DNA of 10,354 bases from Candidatus Heimdallarchaeota archaeon (GTDB lineage Archaea > Asgardarchaeota > Heimdallarchaeia > Heimdallarchaeales > Heimdallarchaeaceae): contig DXJF01000026.1 of NCBI GenBank assembly GCA_019057375.1, forward strand, positions 1-10,354, written 5' to 3'. The position numbers and the translations under genes are program-made. The notes under the pieces were generated by a model. It did no database searches. It was given only the letters and a program-made list of their open reading frames with translations, and was not told the DNA's origin. Below, in pieces: positions 5,546 to 10,354 of this stretch. How positions within the stretch are numbered: the first letter of the stretch is position 1; each line of letters starts with the position of its first letter.

Positions 5546-6520
5546 ATGAAAATGACTTGCTTAAAATCTAGAATTCTTATCGATGATTCAGCAATTGAGA
5601 AGATATTTTTGGAATCAGAAAAAGTATTGGAAAATGTTGAACATTTTTGGGAAACTGAAAAACCTTACAAATTAACTCTAAGCTGGGCACCTGAAACATA
5701 TCCAATACACTTTCAGGAGTTCAAGAGGAGGATTGAAGAACTAAAAAAATTGACAGTAGATGAACGAAAGAAGGATTCTATTTATAGTTTTGCAGATAAA
5801 ATAACAGAAGTGAAGAGTATTATTGTAGATAAAGGTCTTCCATTAATCTGTTCATATTTACCTCCAGATTCTACATTTGAAACAAATATTTATTTGGCTA
5901 GTTTCATTTTCTTAAGTGGTCCAAATACAACTGAACCAAAGTATAAACCTAATGCATTTGTACAAGAACCCAATATAGTTGTAAATCTTTCATCAGATTT
6001 TTGGACTCAAGATGAAAATCAATTACTTAATCTGATGATACATGAAATTTATCACATAGGGTTTTCTGTGAAACTTGGTAAACATCGCCCAAACCTAGAC
6101 ATTAAAACAATTGAGGTTCTTAAGAAGAATTTAATGTGGCTGCTTTATTTTGAGGGATTAGCAACCTATGTGGGGTATAAAGCATTATCGCTTTTTCCCA
6201 ATCCTGACATGGGAGAATCTAAAAGTGCAGGATCATATGATTACAAAATGCTTGAAGATCCTAAAGAGGTTGAGAAGGTTATCAATGTTATCAATAATAT
6301 CTTCTCTGAAATGCAGTCGTTATCTTATGAGGAAGCTGAAGCATTAGTTAGAAATAAAGGAGTTATGGAAAGAGCAGTTTATGTTGTTGGAGCATATATG
6401 TCAAAAATTATAGAAGAGAAGAAGACGAAAGCTGAGTTAGTTACATCACTGGTGAAAGGACCTATGGAACTTATCAAAACATATAATGACAATATGAATA
6501 ACTTGAAAATAATCATCTAG
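5546..6520 (+). CDS. Putative Zn-dependent metalloprotease (HExxH gluzincin-like; DUF5700/DUF2268-like)
   Basis: H166-E167-x-x-H170 (IHEIYH) and a downstream E203 in EGLATY; no signal peptide. The start may be ATG 5552, which is better spaced from AAGGT 5539-5543. Confidence 0.8.
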   Translation: MKMTCLKSRILIDDSAIEKIFLESEKVLENVEHFWETEKPYKLTLSWAPETYPIHFQEFKRRIEELKKLTVDERKKDSIYSFADKITEVKSIIVDKGLPLICSYLPPDSTFETNIYLASFIFLSGPNTTEPKYKPNAFVQEPNIVVNLSSDFWTQDENQLLNLMIHEIYHIGFSVKLGKHRPNLDIKTIEVLKKNLMWLLYFEGLATYVGYKALSLFPNPDMGESKSAGSYDYKMLEDPKEVEKVINVINNIFSEMQSLSYEEAEALVRNKGVMERAVYVVGAYMSKIIEEKKTKAELVTSLVKGPMELIKTYNDNMNNLKIII

Positions 6521-6649
6521 ATTTGAAAATTGTACGGAAATAATACGATAGTAATTCGATTTTTGTCGGAATTATATTGCCGTCTAGACTGTTCTCACAG
6601 CTTTAAAGCTAAATATACATAAAAAGACCTAGTTATCTAGATGAAAATT
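6515..6649. repeat. Imperfect direct repeat pair flanking a 103-nt non-coding segment
   Basis: ATCTAGATTTGAAAATT (6515-6531) and ATCTAGATGAAAATT (6635-6649) are identical except for a 2-nt indel. Confidence 0.55.
6528..6570. repeat. Degenerate ~11-bp tandem repeat x4 with phased CG
   Basis: AATTGTACGGA / AATAATACGAT / AGTAATTCGAT / TTTTGTCGGA, with CG at 6535, 6546, 6557 and 6567. Confidence 0.4.
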
Positions 6650-6660
6650 TAATATTTTAC

Positions 6661-6668
6661 AAAAAAAA
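6661..6668 (-). terminator. T8 tract; candidate terminator of the VOC gene
   Basis: A8 on the + strand, 14 nt downstream of the VOC stop codon. Confidence 0.55.
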
Positions 6669-6682
6669 TGAGAGAGATATCT

Positions 6683-7081
6683 TTATTCGTTGATACTAGG
6701 TTCGCTAATAATCTGTATAGAATTTCCTTCTGAGTCTTTAATATTGAAATACGATACCATCTTAGGTATGTCAACAATATCTGTTGTTTCTATACTTTTA
6801 CTTTCAAAGTATTTCTTCATTGCTTTTAGATCTGGGACATTGAAAGTAAGCACTCCTGAGTTGGGTAGATATTCATGATCTTTTTCAACAAGATTCAGCC
6901 CTAGCTTTGCAACCTTACCAGGAAGGAAAAATTCACACCAACCAGCTTCAGGACCCATATACCAAGATATCTCAAAATTGAATATGTCTTCATAGAATTT
7001 CTTAGCTCTCTCTATATCTGTGACTTTAACTTGGAAATAAATTTCCTTAATAGGAACAGGATATTCTCTTTCGTCAGTCAT
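6683..7081 (-). CDS. VOC (glyoxalase/bleomycin resistance) family protein
   Basis: VTDIERAKKFYEDIF, LTFNVPDL and YFNIKDSEGNSIQI; 132 aa with a beta-alpha-beta-beta-beta x2 pattern. Confidence 0.9.
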   Translation of the reverse strand: MTDEREYPVPIKEIYFQVKVTDIERAKKFYEDIFNFEISWYMGPEAGWCEFFLPGKVAKLGLNLVEKDHEYLPNSGVLTFNVPDLKAMKKYFESKSIETTDIVDIPKMVSYFNIKDSEGNSIQIISEPSINE

Positions 7082-7102
7082 GAATGGATTCTAAGTTTTC
7101 AG

Positions 7103-7110
7103 TTTAAAAA
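7103..7110 (-). promoter_or_regulatory. Candidate TATA box for a leaderless VOC transcript
   Basis: TTTTTAAA on the - strand, centred about 25 nt upstream of ATG 7081; no SD motif before that ATG. Confidence 0.35.
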
Positions 7111-7166
7111 GGATTAACATCGAACAAAAGAAAAATGCATATTAATGTTCAATATCTCATATATTC

Positions 7167-7610
7167 ATGAAAATTGAAACTGTGATTGATTATTTCAAAT
7201 CTCAACCTCTTATGTATCTAGCGACTGTAGATGGAAACCAACCTAAAGTAAGACCAATGGCTTTAATCTATCATAATGATACATGCTGGTTTGTTAGCAT
7301 TGCTGGAAGAAAAAAGATTAAGGAAATTGAAACTAATGATAACGTTGAATTTGCTATCAACCCACAGGATAGGGATGATTTGAGCACAATTAGAGGTGCT
7401 GGAAGAGCAATTTTAATTGATGATCAGGAAATAAGACAAGATTTAGCTAATGCTATTCCTTGGTTTGATGGATATTGGGAATCATCAGAAGATTCTAGAT
7501 TTTTCCTCTATAAAATTGATTTAGAACAAGTAAGCGTCCAAATTCCTGTAAAAAGAGACATATATATATTCAACATTAAAACAGGAAAAACAGAGGTAAG
7601 ACCAGAATAA
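7167..7610 (+). CDS. Pyridoxamine 5'-phosphate oxidase-like flavin-binding split-barrel protein
   Basis: YLATVDGNQPKVRPM, KIKEIETNDNVEF and IRGAGRAILIDD; 147 aa. Confidence 0.88.
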   Translation: MKIETVIDYFKSQPLMYLATVDGNQPKVRPMALIYHNDTCWFVSIAGRKKIKEIETNDNVEFAINPQDRDDLSTIRGAGRAILIDDQEIRQDLANAIPWFDGYWESSEDSRFFLYKIDLEQVSVQIPVKRDIYIFNIKTGKTEVRPE

Positions 7611-7626
7611 AAGACTCTCACTAAAT

Positions 7627-8523
7627 CTATTTTTTCCAATTCAAGTTGATTTCACGGCGAGGGGGAGCTCTTAGAAACTCTTGTTCAGGATATCCAATTA
7701 TGAAAACTCCATGAACATTGTGATTTTTTGGTATCCCTAGTTGTTTTCTTGTTTTTTTACTCCTCCAAAGATATTCTTGAGCAAAACCAATCCAACATGT
7801 TCCCAAACCCATTGAATGAGCAGCTAGCATCCCATGAGTTATAGCAATTCCCGCATCTGAAGCTGTCATTCTTGAATAAGGTGGTGCATGTAAGATAATA
7901 ACACACGGAGCGTTGAAAAAGATTTGATCAACACCTTTACTTCTTCTATCAAAAAATCTATCCAAACTTATTTTTGTTTTTGGATTAAGTAATCTTTTTC
8001 GTAATAATCCTCTAGTGAATGGAACTGCAAGGTATTTTAATTTTAGATACTTCCTTGCTCTAACCATTAAAGTAGCAACTTTGTCAGATAAGAAATCAAT
8101 ATCTTCTTTCTTAGAAAGGACAATGTAGTAACGATTTTGTCTATTACTTGCACTTGGGGAAAATCTCATAGCTTCGAGAATTTGAGTAATTTCTTCTTCT
8201 GAAAGAAGTTGTTGTTTGAAAATCCTAGTTGATCTTCTACTACGTGAGAATTTCATAAATTCTTCATAAGATAGTAACCGCGAAGGATTCTTGGCTTCTT
8301 TAAAATTATATGGCTGATCTGCTCCTTCATAGAGTATTGCTTCTGTCGGACAAATAGCTATACAATGTCCGCATCTGAAGCAGAATCTTAATGGATCCTC
8401 AAAATGTATTTCTTTTTCCATATTGTCTTTTCTTTCAACTGAGAATAATTCGACAGTACAAGATGCTATGCATTCCTCGCACTTGATACATTTTTCTTTG
8501 TCTATTCCAAGAATCTTTAGCAT
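7627..8523 (-). CDS. Nitroreductase-family protein with an N-terminal 2x[4Fe-4S] ferredoxin domain
   Basis: C12-x2-C15-x2-C18-x3-C22 and C48-x2-C51-x2-C54-x3-C58-P. Nitroreductase motifs SRRSTRIF, SPSASNRQ, GLGTCWIG and IGYP. Confidence 0.93.
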   Translation of the reverse strand: MLKILGIDKEKCIKCEECIASCTVELFSVERKDNMEKEIHFEDPLRFCFRCGHCIAICPTEAILYEGADQPYNFKEAKNPSRLLSYEEFMKFSRSRRSTRIFKQQLLSEEEITQILEAMRFSPSASNRQNRYYIVLSKKEDIDFLSDKVATLMVRARKYLKLKYLAVPFTRGLLRKRLLNPKTKISLDRFFDRRSKGVDQIFFNAPCVIILHAPPYSRMTASDAGIAITHGMLAAHSMGLGTCWIGFAQEYLWRSKKTRKQLGIPKNHNVHGVFIIGYPEQEFLRAPPRREINLNWKK

Positions 8524-8634
8524 TGATATCTGAAAAATAAGAAAAATTACTAGTATATAATCTTAACAGAAAAAGAGCGTATAATCTCTTGGTTTTTGGT
8601 AAACCATACTTTCATTTTTTGTAAAAAGCGTGTT

Positions 8635-8642
8635 TTTTAATA
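8635..8642 (+). promoter_or_regulatory. Candidate TATA box for a leaderless PIG-L transcript
   Basis: TTTTAATA centred about 26 nt upstream of ATG 8665, with an A-rich tract upstream (GTAAAAAGCG); no SD motif. Confidence 0.35.
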
Positions 8643-8664
8643 GGTTTGTATTGATTGTCAATTA

Positions 8665-9372
8665 ATGAATAACGAATATACTCCTCTAAATGTTGTTGCA
8701 GTTTTTGCTCATCCTGATGATGAAGCGGGAGCTGTTGGTACTCTAATGAATCACAGCGATCGTGGGGATAATGTCTATGTCATTTTACTAACTCATGGTG
8801 AAAATGCATCTTCTTTGCAGGGAACACATGATGAGATAACCATGATTAGACAAGGACATGTAAATAGAATAGAGAAAATAGTTGGAGCGCAATACAGATT
8901 ACTTGACTTACCGGATTCTGGTGTATTTCCATCTGTAGAAAACGCAAAAAAACTTGCACGTATTTTTAAACAGCTTGAACCAGATATTGTTATTACCTGG
9001 GAAAAATCACATAATATTGGTACTGGACATCCTGATCATAGATATACTCATGACATTACACTAGACGCAATATCTTATGCAAGATATAATGATGATGGGG
9101 ACAACTTAACTCCTAATAGAAAACCAATCAGTCTTTATACTCCAATGATAAGTTTAGATTCATCTAGTGACAATTGTGTATATGTAGATGTAACTCACCA
9201 ACAGGATAGAATAATGAAATTCTTTGATGTTTATGAAGAGGCTTATGGTGAATGGCCAGTTAGAGCTTTCAAGATTGCAGGAATGCTTATGATTGGAAGA
9301 GTTGCATTTGCAAAATATGGAGAAGCTTTCAAGAAATTTACTTGGCGTAAAGCGTTAAATCATCTTGATTAA
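8665..9372 (+). CDS. PIG-L/LmbE-family metal-dependent N-deacetylase (BshB/MshB superfamily)
   Basis: VVAVFAHPDDE, VILLTHGE, PDIVITW and GHPDH motifs. Confidence 0.92.
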   Translation: MNNEYTPLNVVAVFAHPDDEAGAVGTLMNHSDRGDNVYVILLTHGENASSLQGTHDEITMIRQGHVNRIEKIVGAQYRLLDLPDSGVFPSVENAKKLARIFKQLEPDIVITWEKSHNIGTGHPDHRYTHDITLDAISYARYNDDGDNLTPNRKPISLYTPMISLDSSSDNCVYVDVTHQQDRIMKFFDVYEEAYGEWPVRAFKIAGMLMIGRVAFAKYGEAFKKFTWRKALNHLD

Positions 9373-9376
9373 GCTT

Positions 9377-10354
9377 CTATTTTTCAAATACAAGATAGTT
9401 AGATTTTTCTTCACTGAAAATTGTTATTTCGCCTAATTCAATATATTTCTTCTTTCTTCCTTCTCGACTGATATTGAAATACCAAGTGTCTTTTGCTTTC
9501 TTCTCTCCTTGGATTTTAACAATCTCATAGTCTCCTTTTGAAAATTCAAGAGAATCCCCATCATCTAGATAGAACTCTCCTTCAGCTTTAGAATCCGTTG
9601 GATACACTCTAAGAGAAATTTTCGAATTGTATATCTCCCCTGTATGTTGAATCGGTTCGTTAATGAAGGGAATTATTGAACCTTCCTTAACAAACAATGG
9701 TGTCACATCTAAAGGTACATCAATTTCATGTACTTTACCACCTTCAAGAACAAGTTCTCCACAGAAACTGTACCACTTTCCATGAGGAAGATAAATCTCT
9801 CGTTTCCTTTTACCTTTCTTAAGAATTGGTGCTAAAAGCAAGCTATCTCCAAATAGATATTCGGTTTCTGACCATTCAGCAATTTGAGCTATTGGATCAT
9901 TTGGGTAATCTATCCATAAAGCTCTAAAAACTGGAATGCCAGTTAAGCAAGTTTGTCTGACATTTGTGTAGATATATGGCATCAAGGAATATCTTAATTG
10001 AATTGTTTTTCTGATAATTTCTTCTGCTTTCTTTCCAAAAGCCCATGGTTCTTGAGAGCACTTCTTGTTAATTGTATGATTTCTGAAATATGGATACAGA
10101 CATCCAGCTTGATACCAGCGAATAAGGAGCTCAGCTCCTGGTTTTCCTGCAAATCCTCCAATATCTGGACCTATCATTAATTGACCAGAAGCAGCCATAT
10201 TTAACAACATAGGAATCGAAATTTGTAAATGAGCCCAGTTGGAGATATTGTCCCCCGTCCAAGTCCCTGCATACCGATGAGTTCCCAAATAAGCAGATCT
10301 GGAGTTGATATAGATTCGTTTGTTTGGTAACAGTTCTTCTAATCCTTCATAAGC
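9377..10354 (-). CDS. Glycoside hydrolase family 31 (alpha-glucosidase-like), 5'-truncated
   Basis: The frame stays open to the window end (AYEGLEELLPNKRIYINSRSAYLGTHRY...), so the track start at 10288 is artefactual. Motifs: WTGDN (catalytic acid/base Asp), GPDIGGF, ELLIRWYQAG, YFRNH, QEPW, YLFGDSLLLAP and PLFVKEGSIIP. Confidence 0.95.
   Translation of the reverse strand, partial: AYEGLEELLPNKRIYINSRSAYLGTHRYAGTWTGDNISNWAHLQISIPMLLNMAASGQLMIGPDIGGFAGKPGAELLIRWYQAGCLYPYFRNHTINKKCSQEPWAFGKKAEEIIRKTIQLRYSLMPYIYTNVRQTCLTGIPVFRALWIDYPNDPIAQIAEWSETEYLFGDSLLLAPILKKGKRKREIYLPHGKWYSFCGELVLEGGKVHEIDVPLDVTPLFVKEGSIIPFINEPIQHTGEIYNSKISLRVYPTDSKAEGEFYLDDGDSLEFSKGDYEIVKIQGEKKAKDTWYFNISREGRKKKYIELGEITIFSEEKSNYLVFEK

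Noticed and set aside
4759-6520. Thiazole/oxazole RiPP biosynthetic cluster
   Set aside because: No YcaO cyclodehydratase, E1-like partner, transporter or Cys/Ser/Thr-rich precursor in the window.
6521-6682. CRISPR array, tRNA or intact MITE in the long intergenic gap
   Set aside because: No repeated 23-47-bp units with spacers, no cloverleaf with T-loop/D-loop motifs, and no terminal inverted repeats.
6690-6878. 62-aa + strand ORF
   Set aside because: Antisense shadow inside the VOC gene; its hydrophobicity is expected from antisense reading of A-rich codons.
2019-8533. Shared 8-mer TCAGATAT next to the starts at 2025 (+) and 8523 (-)
   Set aside because: Only two instances of an AT-rich 8-mer at different offsets from the ATG, compatible with chance.
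2025-9372. GPI-like anchor pathway (PIG-L plus GPI-PLD-like Zn_dep_PLPC)
   Set aside because: The genes are 5 kb apart and unlinked. As I recall, GPI-PLD has H-x3-D-x3-H spacing and no N-terminal Trp, whereas this protein has W1 and H-x3-D-x5-H, matching bacterial PLC/S1-P1. PIG-L-family motifs alone do not indicate a substrate.
9998-10180. 60-aa + strand ORF
   Set aside because: Antisense shadow inside the conserved GH31 catalytic region.
1-10354. Apparent abundance of CTAG/TCTAGA
   Set aside because: A rough hand count (about 35 CTAG) is close to my composition-based expectation (about 30). It shows no avoidance but also no enrichment window-wide.

Overview
This is a gene-dense, AT-rich window (GC roughly one third by eye) that reads as archaeal. 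GGTGA-type Shine-Dalgarno sites, T-tract terminators, many apparently leaderless genes and N-x-S/T-rich surface proteins support that. An Asgard (Heimdallarchaeia-like) origin is plausible but is inference only. There are 13 credible CDSs, two cut by the window edges, and no rRNA, tRNA, CRISPR or recognisable transposase. Left to right: two tandem paralogous unknown membrane/surface proteins followed by a winged-HTH regulator with two C-terminal TM helices (likely operon); NudB-like NUDIX hydrolase; secreted, C-terminally anchored Zn-dependent PLC/S1-P1-fold enzyme fused to a DUF4350/GIFT-like domain; DUF1028 Ntn-hydrolase; SagB/ThcOx-type flavoprotein; HExxH metalloprotease; VOC protein; PNPOx-like protein; ferredoxin-nitroreductase; PIG-L/LmbE deacetylase; GH31 glycosidase. 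The best candidate for an undescribed system is the left-hand operon, a possible ToxRS-like transmembrane signalling module. Next are the PLC/nuclease-GIFT surface enzyme and a structured non-coding element at 6515-6682. All family calls come from motif recognition by eye; no database searches were run.
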